A stretch of DNA of 63,984 bases, filler included, from Catajapyx aquilonaris (Eukaryota): the NCBI GenBank assembly GCA_000934665.2. It is 3 parts of 3 records of this genome, joined end to end, with 100 filler letters (N's around TTAATTAATTAA, not from the genome) between each part and the next. Parts side by side here need not be neighbours in the genome. Positions count along the whole stretch, not along the records: positions 1 to 21,371 come from JYFJ02006066.1; positions 21,472 to 42,879 come from KZ539470.1; 1 more part is not named here. One strand, given 5' to 3'. The position numbers and the translations under genes were made by a program. Each line of letters begins with the position of its first letter. Within the stretch, counting starts at the first letter, position 1. Below are positions 12,101 through 24,898 of the stretch, one piece after another. Under the pieces are notes generated by a model that was given only the letters and a program-made list of their open reading frames with translations, had not been told where the DNA came from and searched no databases.

Positions 12101-15100
12101 TGATAGCATTATGAGTTATTTTTTGTTTGTAATACTTAGAAAACTTAGGCCGAGCGCAAATCATGCAATGAAGGTGCGACGTCGCCCCTATTTGTTGCAT
12201 CGAGACAGGATGCGCGCGCAGCTTTCGGACGACGATAAGTCACATTGCACACCCGACGCAAATCATGCAATTTCGATGCGATCTTAGGCGCGGAATTGCA
12301 GTACAGTACTCCATAATTTTAGGGAAGTAATACCGTTCACAGTTCATGAATGAGGTCATTCTTGACCACTGTTTGTGTACTATCCACGCTCCATGGGCCA
12401 CCGGTACTGGTACGACGTAACCGGTACGTCACATACTTTGGTACAGTATAGCCTAGTATTTACTCATTTCCAACAAGTCACAACATTAGCATGGGACCCT
12501 CTACACTCGTGGGCCCCCCTGGGAAACTGGGCAGCGTGCTCATGGGTTAAGACTGCCCTCCTTCCAACACTCTGTATCGAATATTCACGGAGATTCACTC
12601 CGATCTGGGCGCCGCCATCTTGGAAATTGCCTCCGATGGGGGGGAGTTTTCAAGCAGTGCTGGAAACCTGCAACACCCCTGCGACCTCGGAGGAAAGCGG
12701 CGCGCGCACCCTGCGCATGCAACTAGTCGCTGCAACTTCGCATGATTTGCGCTCAGCCTTATGAATGATGATGTCGATGTAGAAATATAGCCATATTTTT
12801 TACTTTCCTTGTCTGAGGGTGGCGTTGAAATCGGGTGTCCCGTATGAGGGACACTCGGCAAATGCACCACATGTGGACCGGCAAGTCAAGTACCGGTACT
12901 CTGGGCTCTGCTGTAATGGATCCTACATTTGACTACTTGCCTTGGTGTGAAAATATGGTACTACGTTGGTAGGGCTACCAAATCATGATATAGGCCAATT
13001 TCCATCTGGCTGGCATATGATGTTATATGCACATAAAAGACAATGAGCTGTGTTACATGACATTGTTGTGTCACTTCCATTCAGAATGTATTGGATTGGG
13101 ACCCCTTCGGTAACTATTATAGTTACATACCAGGCCCCAGAGAGCAGTGTAATCCCTCTCACTCTTCTCCTCCTCCTGACTCCTACCCACTCCAAAAACC
13201 AGTAAGTTGGGAAAGAATGGGAAGTACTGCAGTTGGAAGAAAGAAGGTAGGGCAGGATTAACCCGCTTCATCTCTGATGCTCAGGTAAAGGGTGGATGAA
13301 CCGAGTGCAGAAACTTGCTGCGCAGCTGAGTAAAGTGTGCATTTTCACAAGTTATGTCAGAGATCCTGCTCCATAATCTGCATACCTTTCTGAAAGGGAA
13401 CCATGTAATGCAGCTTATTATTGGCAATTTTTTCTCATTATTATTGCTTATGAGTAGGACATTTTAAATTCACTATCCAAGTAGCTATTAATTTAATATT
13501 TATTAAGAAAAATTATACCCATATTAATTCACTAATTCTCCTAACCCTTTTAGTGGCCATATGAATTTGTTTAAAATTGTAGAATCGTGATTTTCAAGTT
13601 CAGATTACTCATCAGTCAGGGAACTAATTAGGCAAAAACTGAGTTTCACTTTTTCATGTAATATTACTAGAACAACTTGCATTAAAAATTAACTTGGGTC
13701 ACCACCAAATCAATCCTGAAAGGAATCATTTCTAAAGATGTCGAAACTTTTGAAGGTCACTTGGTTAAAGGTCATGACCATGGTCTGCCTGCACAAAAAT
13801 GCACCACTTTTGAATTGCTGGAGGCTTTCACTTGCTTACGTGTAAAAACTTCCTTGTGAATTATGGCCCTGTTCGTTGTGTCCTCTGCCAGCAGTTCCAG
13901 TGGTGTGTTTCAGACTTTGAAGTATGGTCCAGAACTGACAATGTGGGAAACTCACTTGCTCTGCCACCTCCAGAAAGTTTTGGCAATCAAAAGGCTATAG
14001 AGAGTGACCAAACTACAAAGGAACAGCCTTGATCAAGAGAGACTACTTGACCTAGGCTTACAAAATGTGGTTCAAAAAAAATGTGGTTCAATCAATATGG
14101 TGTTTGTGTGCAAATTAGCTAAATATCTGTCGCTATGTGGCTATGTTGATTGTGAGGGGAAATGCTTTAAACAATTCTTTTACAGTCAAATGGATAGAAT
14201 TCAATTTAGCCCCTCGGAGGGGGCTGTTCCAGACACACCCTAAATATGTATTTTCTCAACAATAAAACAGAATATTTGTAAATAGTGAAAATATGCGAAA
14301 CAATCTGGTAATGTGCATTCAAAAACATTAATGCCTGAATTATGAAATCATTACTCTTGAATACTGTTGTGAATTTATGAAATGTGTCCAAAAAAGCCCT
14401 CCCAATAAGTACTTCACTTTTTTATTAGAACTACCTGCCATAATAGGGTTAAAGGTACGTTTACATGTGAGCGATTTGACGAGCGAAGTCTTTGCCGAGG
14501 TGAGTAACCAAAGTAACCAATATTGTTTGAGGCGAAAATCGATTGTTAATTTCAGCCTCAGCGAAGATTTGATTTCGCTTCGCTCGTCAAATCGCTCACA
14601 TGTAAACTCACCTTACGAACTTTTCTGATATCTCAGTTCAAAATTGATTGGAAGCTTCAATGTGTAATTTAATTGTAGTTGAATATTACTTTTTAATATA
14701 TTCTAAAAACTGAAGATCGAATGTCTTCTTTCAGCAACTTTTGGAAGCACGACGTAAGCAAGCAGAGGACGAACAGATTTTACGAGATATGGAGCGCCAG
14801 TTGGCTAGTCGTCCCATACTTGTTTCACAAGAAGGAACTATGCAAAGCAATGAAAACTGCACAGGTGATGAAGAACCACGAGTTGAAATGGCAGACGGTA
14901 TGGGGAAGTCTGAGGCAAGCCGAGTCACAGACAGGGAAGCTCGGCTTTTAGGTATGTAATGCACTTTCTGTGTCTCATGGTTATTATAGCATTGTGTCCC
15001 TCTTTTGCAGGTTTAATCTCCACTTTTCTTCATGTCCATCCATTTGGTGCTGGACTAGACTACATATGGTCATATTTGCAACGAATTGACTCTGGCTTAC

Positions 15101-15249
15101 GACCAGCTGATATTGAAAATTTGATGACACGCTTTCCCACTGTGTTTCGTCAAGAGTTGTCAGGTGTAGGTGCCAGTATGGAACGACGATGGCTTTTTGT
15201 TGGGTTTCAGAATCAGTGCACATCTAATCTAAGTATAGCCTGTAGTTGA
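9116..15249 (+). CDS. ENOX: Ecto-NOX disulfide-thiol exchanger (ENOX1/2 family), 3' four coding exons; no earlier exons recognised, 5' part presumably upstream of the window
   Basis: Exons 9116-9271, 11360-11500, 14735-14951 and 15011-15249, all AG/GT-bounded with compatible phases (0,0,1). Translation includes EEMEVSDSE, LKEENDSLRCQLEAYKNEV, QQTLQGLQQQLL and LISTFLHVHPFGAGLDYIWSYL...FRQELSGVGASMERRW, matching the ENOX C-terminus. Confidence 0.93.
10496..10670. mobile_element. pogo/Tigger-like MITE
   Basis: TA-CAGTAGACTCCGAATATAAC...GTTATATCGGGAGTAAATTG-TA with internal (G/C)TTATA(G/A)C repeats. Confidence 0.65.
10784..11239. mobile_element. Tc1/mariner-type foldback MITE, family M1 copy 2
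   Basis: TA-CAGGGTGTATCAGAGTCAC...GTGACTCTGATACACCCTG-TA, clearly homologous to 4414-4959 with an internal deletion. Lies in an ENOX intron. Confidence 0.9.
12148..12758. mobile_element. PIF/Harbinger-like non-autonomous element
   Basis: TTA-GGCCGAGCGCAAATCATGC...GCATGATTTGCGCTCAGCC-TTA, a 3-bp TTA target duplication with GGC ends. Confidence 0.8.
14454..14613. mobile_element. PIF/Harbinger-like MITE, family H1 copy 2
   Basis: ggtacgtttacatgtgagcgatttgacgagcgaag...cttcgctcgtcaaatcgctcacatgtaaactcacc. The interior (gtaaccaatattgtttgaggcgaa) is shared with 4207-4398. Confidence 0.65.
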
Positions 15250-17385
15250 TGTTGTAAATTGACTATTTTGCACATTTTGTGATAAGCTAGATGTGACAAG
15301 GATTTGTATGCTGGTTACATTTTCTTGTGTCATACTCCATATGTTGAAACAAGTGTTAGTAAGAAGGTAATTAATTTGTTTGGTTGTCAGCTGAAGTTGC
15401 TTTGACAAACTTTGTCAAAGTTTGATAAAGTTGTGCAATACAGTGATTGTGCCTACACTCATGCTACGGAGAAATATGCACCCAGATAAGTCATTGAACA
15501 TGGTAGTAATCTTAGAAAAACAATAGTGAATTCCGTCAATTTGCAAGTGCCATGACATGCACTGATGAAGTTATGTTTAGGGATATGAAAACCAGCTGAC
15601 TGAACAAGGTGTGCCTGAATTTGGCTTCCACTGCTTGTCAAATTGTAGGCTTTAGAAATCTGTATTCATTGAAAGGATTAAATTATTTCTTGGAATTTTT
15701 AGGGTGGCCTTCCAAAAGTGCTTTTTTGAGTCACATTCAGGTGTGCATTGCTGGGTGGAATGTAATTGGCACTTGTGTCAGAGGCATCACCACTGCTTTA
15801 TTGCCAAAAGGGTTTGAGCCATCCATCTTCAACAGTATAAAAATAATTTCATGGGTAAATGCATAACTGGCCACTGTGGCATAAGTCTTATCAGTCAGTC
15901 TTTCTGGAAAGTGAAAACAGGAAACAGGACAGTGAAAAAAACACTTTATAGTGTGAGAATAGATAGAGCACAGTATGAAGTAACATCTGGGTTGATGCTT
16001 TTGGTAATGTCAAGGGAAAAAACCGGTGTAAAATGTGTAAATGTTACAGATAACAATACCTCAGCCATGTTCACTCATGTGCACAATTACCCAAGGGGGC
16101 AGGTTCCCAAGGAACTGATACTCTAGATATGGTGATTTAATTGATGATAAAAGGGTTGAGGGAGATTTTTGTCTGTCTCTGCACAGAAATTCTTTCAAAT
16201 ATCTGTGGTTATGAGCATAACAGTTCTGTCTTTCTCCGTTTCTTGGTTTGCACACACTGACCAGGTGCAACAAGTATGCTGTAAAGTCTGTCATTTGCAA
16301 AAAAGGCTTGGAGGTTGAAGGCAGGGTGTGAATTGTTGGGACCTGTGGTCAATTTAAGAAGATGGACTGTAACAGTAAAAGTAGTGGCAAAGTGGGATAA
16401 GAAAGTATTGGAGCTGTTTTTTTAACCTACTTTTCAACATAAATTGACAGAATTTGTATTGTTTCCTACATGAATATTATTGTTTTAACTTTATTGGTTG
16501 CTGGACTGGGTCAAAGTTGCATTTAAGATGTCCATCAAAACATTTGGGGAATAACACGTTTGTTATCAGTCACTGACCAATTGTAAAAAAAAATGCTGTG
16601 GTCTTATTTGTCAAGTTATGATTTTAAAAAGATATTATTTTGTTGTGATATTATTACTAATTTATTTATTCACTTTGTATGTCCTATGAACAAGTGATGA
16701 CTGGACATTTGAATGTCTATTTTTATTTATTTTGTGGAGAAGGGTGTAATTTATTTATGTTGTTCATAAATGCATGTAGAGATTTAATTGCTTAAATTCA
16801 GTGTTTTTATTAGCTTGTGGATAAATGATTGTTATTATATTAGTGCCTGGTAACTGAAATTGTTATTTTTCGCTTCAATTGTTATCAGTTTTCTTATTTT
16901 ATTAATGGAATTGTTCCACTAATTTTGGATTTCATTCTTCAATAGTATTCTTTGGCATGTTTGGAATAATAGCTATAAGATTTGTATTGTTGCATTTCCT
17001 TTGGAAGATGCTTGGCTCTTGATAAGGCCAAAATACCACATTAAATGGTGGGCCCAAATATATGAGGACATCCGGTGCATCATTTAGTCATATGAAGCTG
17101 ATGTGTTGTTTCTGCTTTTCACTTGGGCTGACATGTGGCCCAGAGGCACTCAACTGATAACCTCCAGAGAATCTAACTTGATATAGTTGTTTTTCATGAG
17201 TATGTACCATAATTTTTTGTTACCCTGAGTAGTTGTTATTGTTTGCTATGATTTCTTTTGGGAAAATAAAATGATTTTCTCTGATGCTAAAATGTTGTCT
17301 AATTATATTGCCATCATAAGAAAATGCCTTGGAATTTGGGTTTAATGTAAAATACTGTAGCCCCAGAAACATGATGGGATCAGTT

Positions 17386-17625
17386 GAGGGGTAGGAGATC
17401 AAAAACAGCCAAGTCCACTTGGAAAAACTGGTCGTAAAATGAGCAAAAACTGCTTATTACTTAAGTCTCACTGGTACATGCTTGAAGATTTTTATGTCCA
17501 TATGTTGCCGCAGTTCAGTTACATACGCAAATGTGCAGTTAATACCCACTGACATTAAAATACATAATTTGTGCTAGAACCCCCATAGGTGGGTGGACTT
17601 TGCCGTTTTTGATCTCAGACCCCTC
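17386..17625. mobile_element. MITE with GAG termini and a 4-bp TSD (Sola2-like)
   Basis: AGTT-GAGGGGTAGGAGATCAAAAACAGCCAAGTCCAC...GTGGACTTTGCCGTTTTTGATCTCAGACCCCTC-AGTT. Confidence 0.65.
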
Positions 17626-18277
17626 AGTTATAAGGCTGGCATCGTTCTCACACATGTACTCTTTATGTCATCCTGGACCTGGTTAGCCAATCCAACTGAA
17701 CACTTCTTCTCATGACTCCAGCCTCTCAGCGAAATGGGACACCATTCTCTGACAAAATGTGACACCATGGCAGTGATCACTATTTTGGTGTATGGTCACC
17801 TAAGGAGATCCAGGCTCAATCTGTTTGTACTTGTTGAGTATGAGTGCTGAGGCCTGTTCCATTAGTGCAGGCCGGCCTGGGAAGTTGTGCCTGATGGGTC
17901 GGCCTCCTTGCTAATCCCAACAATAGTTTCATTTTTGTTAGTATTATTTAGAAGTCACCATGTCATCCTCTAGGTTTGACTGACCTTCAAACAAGAACGT
18001 ACCATGGGCAGCCCTGATTATATAATTATTATTGATGGTTGAAGCATAAAACACATCTAGTTGTTAGCGGTTGGGTCTTCGACATTTCTCACTCCTATAG
18101 ACCTGCAAAATTTTAGACTTATTTTGGGCCAACGAGGATATACTCTGACAGGATATTAATGTAGATTTCTGACTCACTCTGCAATAAGAAGGCAAAAAAA
18201 AAGGTATGGAGATGGGAGAGTGTGAGTCGCCTAATTCCTCAATAACTACATTATCTCCCAAAAGAGAGCCAACAACA

Positions 18278-18278
<1 letters not shown>

Positions 18279-18342
<64 letters not shown>
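18279..18342. repeat. (TAA)n microsatellite
   Basis: About 21 perfect TAA units. Confidence 0.95.
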
Positions 18343-18671
18343 GTCTTAATGAAAATGCAATGAATGTGGTGTTTGAGAGCCCGACATGGAGTTTAAAAAA
18401 AATTAGGTTCAGACATGGATCCGTGGACTTTTATACATTATTGTCCTTTTTTGTTGTTGTTTTCGAGGTCTACAAGCAATGGATCATTTATCTGCAATGC
18501 AATAATATCAAAGGAGAAAGAGTTGCTCCACGGCCGAATGGGATATCACATCGCCCAATTTTATTTCTCATCAGCCATTTTCCGGTCGGTCGTCATCATT
18601 AATATTTAAGCAAGAGTAAAACCCACAAAGATCATGAGCAGTAGCTGGCTTCTGCTGCACAGGAAGCTACC

Positions 18672-20276
18672 TTAGCGGTCATCCCTGACGCCCATCGTCC
18701 AGCCCATATCCGGATGTTGGCGGCAATACCCGTAGAGCTCGGAGATGTAGCAGGGCTTGACGCAACATTCCTGATGCGGACCTGTAGAAGCGTAGGATGT
18801 GGTCAGGAAGCTACGGGCTCTCTCCTGACGGAGAAAGGGGAAGGTAGAGGAGTCTCTCTGAGCCTTCATTGTCCTGGAGGAGCCCTTGCTGCCTGCCACA
18901 TGTTGTCCATCCCTCTTTTCCCAGGAGTTGTATTCACCTCCGCATATGTAATTGAGGATCAGCGGAATGTCCTGGCCACATGCGTATCCGGGTCCACGCT
19001 TCATCCTGTACAATAAGTAGGCCTTTAATGCTGCTTGACAGTTCTGGATAAAAACAATAATAGCTACATTTTTTCCAGCCCTACACTGTAGTGTTCATGT
19101 GGCATTCTAATACACTGTACTCCCGATTATCCGGGCTAATGACTGCACGGTGTTTCCGGATATTCGGACACGGATAATCGGGAAATAGTTCTAGACATCG
19201 TAAAAAAAGAGCTATTCACAGGTTTTTAATATACTACTCTATAGACTAATAGAGAGTATGCTGTTTGGTTGAATCAAAATAATATAACTTACCATACAAT
19301 TTTTACTTTGTCTGCTGGAAAAAGTCTGTTCTATGTATGTCTTCGTTGGGGAGACATAGCGGGTAGTTACTTCTAACTTGGCAGTCCCAGTGATAGCAGT
19401 GCGTGGTACTGCTAAATTAGCAGTGGGACGAAAATTCGACGCATTTTTTCGGACCGCTTTTATTTATGTAATTTTTTGGCGATGCACTGATATTTCGCAA
19501 CACGGATAATCGGGAGTGCAGTGTATATCTACAGTGTGTTTCTAATGAGTAATCATCTTTACTTGCCGTGAGGGTCGGTTTTAGTTGTCGCTAATATCGC
19601 CCGCATACTTAGAACGCCCTGTATACAGGACAACCCGATGTTGAGATAGAAATTTTTCTTTTGAATTTTTAAATCACCCGGCACCCAAGCCCGGCACCAT
19701 CTACATTACAATGCTACAGTATATAACGACGAGATGCTTTGGCGACAGAGTACTCTTATTGATTAAATTGTGGGCCTAACAAGTAATTTCGACTGACATA
19801 TCATATACTCCAGAATGGTGACGAAATAAACATTAGTGAATAATCGGCCAAATCGCCTAAATCAACTAGAGCAATTTCGCCTTAGGAATTGCAAACAATC
19901 CTGATTTCGGGTATTAAAGACCAATTTTTTCTATCATACTGCATGATTATGCCAGCGACAATATTGTCTGGCATGGATCATTTTTAATTTCAGTAAAACA
20001 TTACGTTTATAATATGCAACATAATGATTCAAATGGTGCCAAATGAGTGTACTGCATTTTTTAAATGGAACTAAGGCATTCAGATAAAGCGTCGGGTGTG
20101 GCTTGGCGCGGCTGAGCAATCTCTCAAATATACAATTCAATATACTGTAGCTTAATCACGGCCTTCCTGACTTACCGGGACAATGCCTCAGTCGAGGCTT
20201 GCTGGGACAACCCTTCCAGATGTGGACATGATGCGAAGAGAAATACAAACACACACAAGAAAACCAGGATCGCCAT
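18672..20276 (-). CDS. Insulin-like peptide preprohormone, 144 aa, two coding exons
   Basis: Exon 1 (20276-20176) encodes MAILVFLCVFVFLFASCPHLEGLSQQASTEALS(R), a hydrophobic signal peptide, with donor CG/gtaagt. Exon 2 (19005-18672) has acceptor tacag/G and the phase 2 junction matches. Product layout: RMKR furin site, B chain GPGYACGQDIPLILNYICGGEYNSWE (C-X11-C), KR, C-peptide, A chain TGPHQECCVKPCYISELYGYC (CC-X3-C-X8-C), 16-aa tail. AATAAA on the minus strand at 18565-18560. Confidence 0.92.
19113..19523. mobile_element. pogo/Tigger-like MITE in the ILP intron
   Basis: TA-CACTGTACTCCCGATTATCCG...CGGATAATCGGGAGTGCAGTG-TA. Confidence 0.75.
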
Positions 20277-20314
20277 GACGATTAGACAAGTAGAAGTGTT
20301 GTAGTGCGACATGT

Positions 20315-20404
20315 ACTGGTTGGTTTCAAGTATATATTAGGAAGATTGCAAGAGGCTAAAAATTTCGAGTCCCGTTGCCATGGATGTGTGGACGTCAGCG
20401 TCAT
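20315..20404 (-). promoter_or_regulatory. Putative ILP core promoter (TATA-like box plus tandem CRE-like sites)
   Basis: Minus-strand AATATATA at 20338-20331, about 55 nt upstream of the ATG. TGACGC-TGACGTCC (two TGACG half-sites) at about 20403-20390. Confidence 0.3.
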
Positions 20405-20609
20405 GCAGGTGATCATCATTAGTGCAGTATTCAGGTCTGCACCTGGAATCGGTTTCTCGCTAGTTTATTATTATCACCATTCACATAATATTATGAGGGA
20501 TGTTCAAAATATTCTGAACTTTAATCAAACGCATATTATACTTATATCAATTTTCGACGTTATTTCTGCGTCTCACCTTGAATCCTGTTCCACAAAAATA
20601 ACGCCAACG

Positions 20610-21371
20610 TTTATACTTCCCGACTCGCTTTGCGAGGTGGGGGGGCTACGCCCCCCCACACCCCCCCTTGGGGCTGCGCCCCAATTGGCGCGCCTTCGGC
20701 GCTATGCCCGTGTTCCGCCTAATCCATCCGGTTACAGAAATCAGTGACGTCTCCGGTAGCGATGATGAGTTTCCGAACGTGCCCTCTCTGACGTATCGTT
20801 CAAAACAGCGCTTGGGATGACAGGTGGGACCGTCTGTGACGTATCATTCTCACGCCGGGTTTGAGTAGTGTAAGCAAATCCCAGGGGGTGTATGGGAGGG
20901 GGTGGGCCATTGTTCTCCTTCTTTACGACCATCTGCCGGCAAGGCCGCTCGGGGAACCGGGGGAGTTGGGGGTATACATTAATTTCGCGATCTCGGGTTA
21001 GCGTCTACATTTAATTTGGCGATCTCGAAAACGGCTGGGAAATTCGCGGTTTTTTGAGGATTTTTGGAAATTGTAAATCGGGTGCAAGGAATCCAACGGC
21101 GTAAGTCCGACGTCTCTGCGACGCCGGGAAGTGCGAAATCTTTTTCATCCTATATCCTCCTCCTCGGCGTGGGGCTTTATATATATTAGACTCGCTTTGC
21201 GAGGCGGGGGGGCTCCGCCCCCCACACCCCCCCTTGGGGCTGCGCCCCAAGTGGCGCGCCTTCGGCGCTACGTGTTCCCGCCCGGGCGTACCCAGCACCG
21301 CTAGAGAGCTGGAAATAATAACCTGGAGTTCGTCGTCAACGGAGTGACCATGTTCCGCCTAATCCATCCGG
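20610..21371 (-). mobile_element. Tandem Helitron-like GC-rich repeat
   Basis: The unit gactcgctttgcgagg...cccccccacaccccccttggggctgcgccccaa occurs at about 20621 and 21188. The minus strand starts TCTAATATATATAAAG at about 21190. Truncated by the gap. Confidence 0.4.
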
Positions 21372-21470
21372 NNNNNNNNNNNNNNNNNNNNNNNNNNNNN
21401 NNNNNNNNNNNNNNNTTAATTAATTAANNNNNNNNNNNNNNNNNNNNNNNNNNNNNNNNNNNNNNNNNNN
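21372..21470. other. Assembly gap with an artificial TTAATTAATTAA spacer
   Basis: N-run, TTAATTAATTAA, N-run. The same construct is at 42880-42978. Confidence 0.9.
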
Positions 21471-21471
21471 N

Positions 21472-21516
<45 letters not shown>

Positions 21517-21719
21517 GAAGTGGGGGAAGTGCACCCCCCGGGGTAAGTGCACATATTGTGCCGCCATATTGGAATGAAAATGGCTGACGACACCAAAACG
21601 CGTCAGCTATGTAGCTGCACTGTGCAGCTACACAGCTGATGCGTTTTGGTGTATGAGAAAGGTACTTTTATGCTCCAGGAGATGGTCTTACCCAAAATTC
21701 AAAAATTCAAAAATTCAAA

Positions 21720-23200
21720 GATGGCGCCCAAAACTTTGATTTTGATATTGCTTATTGATGGCCCCTTACGATATCGTTTGGATGGCACTTAAAATGATCA
21801 GGGTAATGTTTAATTGACATTTCCGCAAAATCTGGAGAACCCTTTTTTGATATTTGCCAAATATAAAAATATTTTAGTTGCAAGACGTGTAGAGTAAGAG
21901 TATAGTCACCTCAATATTAGTAATGAAATTACTCCAAATGTGTTGGGTTAAATATTCATGCTACAGATCGTGAGAATTCCAGATTCTAGGGCGCTACATG
22001 GGTAATAATAAATAGCAATTTTAGTGACCTACTAAAAAGATAATTCGCATGAAGTTAACAGAAGCGCCCATTTTTAAGCCCCTGTTTAACTTTATGCGGA
22101 TTATCTTTTTATTAGGCAATAGCGAAATCGGTATTTGCATTATATTCTATGTAGTGTTAGAATCAGGCACTCTATTGATGTGCAACATGAATATTTAACG
22201 CAACACATTTGGAGTAATTTCATTACTAATATTGAGGTGACTACTCTTACGCTACACGTCTTGCAACTAAAATATTTTATATTTGGCAAATATCAAAAAA
22301 GGGTTCTCCAGATTTTGCGGAAATGTCAATTAAACATTACCCTGATCATTTTAAGTGCCATCCAAAAGATATCGTAAGGGGCCATCAATGAGCAATATCA
22401 AAATCAAAGCACAAACGAATGGCGCACTGAAAATTGCAATTTCTCAAGGTCGGCAGGCTGGCCCCCCAAAAAGTAAAAATTAATATCTCGAGAACGGCAG
22501 GAGCACAAACGATGTGCTTTTCGGCACAAACGGGCACAAACGAAGCACAAACGATTGCCATGAACGAAACAGAAATTTGCGAAAGTGTTCGGGCCAAGTC
22601 AACGGACGTGACGTGATTTGACATGAGCTTCTCCGAGTTATGGTCCACCAAATGAGGTGACCACACTGACGGGACGCGTTTGAAACCAAAAAAGTTACTA
22701 TAGTCGGCAAATATCGAAAAAGGGTTCTCCAGATTTTTCGGAAATGTGAAGTAAACATTGCCCTTGTCATTTTAAGTGCCATTCAAAAGAAGTGGTAGGG
22801 GGCCATCAATAAGCTATGTCAAAATCAAAGTTTCTGGCGCCATCTTTGACTTTACATTTTTGGATTTCTTAGAAATGAACACGACCATCTCATAGAGCGT
22901 AAAATGCCCCTTCGAATGCACATATCAAATGTTACATTTGACCTGACCTTCTAGGAGATATGGCCGTCAAAGTGACCGCGAACGTAGCAAAAATGCTCGA
23001 AAATGGGCATATTTGACACCCTGTCCGAACAGTTATCGGAAATATTGCACTAAGCTGCTTATTTATTTAGCAGTGACTTGCAACCAGTGATGCTTCTCTG
23101 GCTTGATCAGTTGAGGGATGTGACAGGAATGTTGGGGCATATTCTGGCTACATAGCTAGAAGATACGTAGGCTTTTCCGATAACTGTTCGGACAAAAAAG
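21720..23200. repeat. Complex foldback DNA-transposon relic
   Basis: About 21735-21970 is the reverse complement of about 22175-22410. A third related copy is at about 22700-22860. The tgtccgaacagttatcggaaa motif is inverted at about 23022 and 23175 and recurs at 24275 and 24540. Confidence 0.7.
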
Positions 23201-23492
23201 TTGAGGCACCCGGTATACTGGAATATAATAATACTGCTGAAGAATACTATAGAATAAGCAATCTGCACTCAAATACTCAACCCTCCCCAGCTTTATCTCC
23301 TTACATAGTTACATCGTATATGCCAAATGAAATATTGTCTGCCTATCACAGAAAGCGAGAGAACAAAAACCGCTGAGCATTAACACTAATCCACAACCCC
23401 TCCTCTACCCAATTATTCCTCAACTGTAATAAAGTATTTGATACTCACTCCCTTTTGGCAGCAGCCCATTCAATTTGGCCACTTCATTACCC

Positions 23493-24898
23493 CAGGGCTG
23501 GAACTGGTTTTTGCCCTTCAAAATACTGACTTTTAAGGCAAAATTACTGACCAATTACTGACCATTACACAGCGCAACAAAAAAAAAAAAACTTTCGGCG
23601 TGTTACTCGGAAACCACTATGTAGATCATGTTAGTAGGACCCAAAGTAGCCGGGGAACGCCCGGGAGGTCTCTCCCAAAATGTGCAGTGGGTCAGGGTGA
23701 CCAAAAATCCGAAAAATTCAAAATATTGACGTTTTTTGGCCTATTTCCAGGACTGGCAGCCACTGTAAGTTTCGGATTTTGTTTTTGCTGGCATTAGGTG
23801 TTACCTGGGTCTAGTCTGAAGCCACTATGGTGTTTAAAGTCAATCTTTTATAGAAACTGTGGTTTTCCAGGGTCCTTTGTATGGAAAAAATTCCGTTTTT
23901 TTGGTACTTTTTCGTCAATTTTTGGGGAACAGTGTATGGACTTTTTTAAAATAAAGTGTAGCGTAATGGGCTCTTTAGAGACCCTACAATCAAGGAATAA
24001 TAGTAGAACTTTCCTATGCAACCCTAGTACGCGTGTGCAAAAGCCTAATCTTATGGGTAAAATCGCGTTTTTTCGCATTTTTGGTGATTCGACTTTTTTC
24101 AACATTTAAAGCCAAATATTCCTCGGCTTTAAAATAAATGAATTCTTCTTAGTCTTACAAACTGTCAGGGACCCCCATAGTATGGAAAAAAAACTACGAT
24201 TTCCATAAGCAACCCATGTACGCGTACGCGTACAAAAAAAATACGCGCGTACATTGGTTGCTTATGGAAATCGCAGTTATCGGAAAATTGCACGTAGCTG
24301 CTACTTTGCAAGCAGTGACTTGCAACCTGTGATTTGTCGGAGGAATGGGGAATGGGGAAAAGAGGGTCACACATCCCATGGCATGTGTGACCCTCATTTT
24401 TCCAGGCTTGACCGTCAATTTTCAGCGGGCAGTACGTATGCCACTTCAACATACGATTCGCAGGGAATATTCCCCGTTCCTCCGAAAAATCACACTTTGC
24501 AAGTCACTGCTTACAAAGTAGCAGCTACGTGGAAGTTGCCGATAACTGTTCGGACAAAAAGTTGAAACAAACAGCCTGTATATTTTAAAATGTAGTAGGC
24601 CCAATAATGATGATAAGAGTCATACACACTTCCCCCCCCCCCCTCCCCCCCCCAAAAAAAAGTTCGGTGGGTCGCGGTTCAACATAGAGTGCCGTAGTGC
24701 CGAGCCGGAGCTGGAGCCGGAGCGTTATTCGTTATTTTTGCAGTGATTTCGTAAGAATTCGTATGATTTCAAAACGCTACCTTTCCAGTCCACTAAAAAT
24801 ACGGACTTTACGGACTTTTTGACGAAATTACGGGAAAATACGGAGCTTGCATGGAATTACGGACTTTTACGTAAAATACTGACCTAGTTCCAGCCCTG
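23493..24898. mobile_element. TIR DNA element inserted at the KH-gene stop codon
   Basis: 13-bp TIR CAGGGCTGGAACT...AGTTCCAGCCCTG flanked by the direct repeat TTACCC. Subterminal ttacgga/ttactga repeats. Confidence 0.7.

Noticed and set aside
18714..19016. 100-aa plus-strand ORF
   Set aside because: Antisense shadow of ILP exon 2.
20304..21298. ORFs of 147, 63 and 95 aa upstream of the ILP
   Set aside because: They run through GC-rich Helitron-like repeats, with no splice structure or motifs, and no second insulin Cys pattern was found.
21416..21427. TTAATTAATTAA island inside N-runs (also 42924-42935)
   Set aside because: Six-frame-stop scaffolding linker, not biological sequence.
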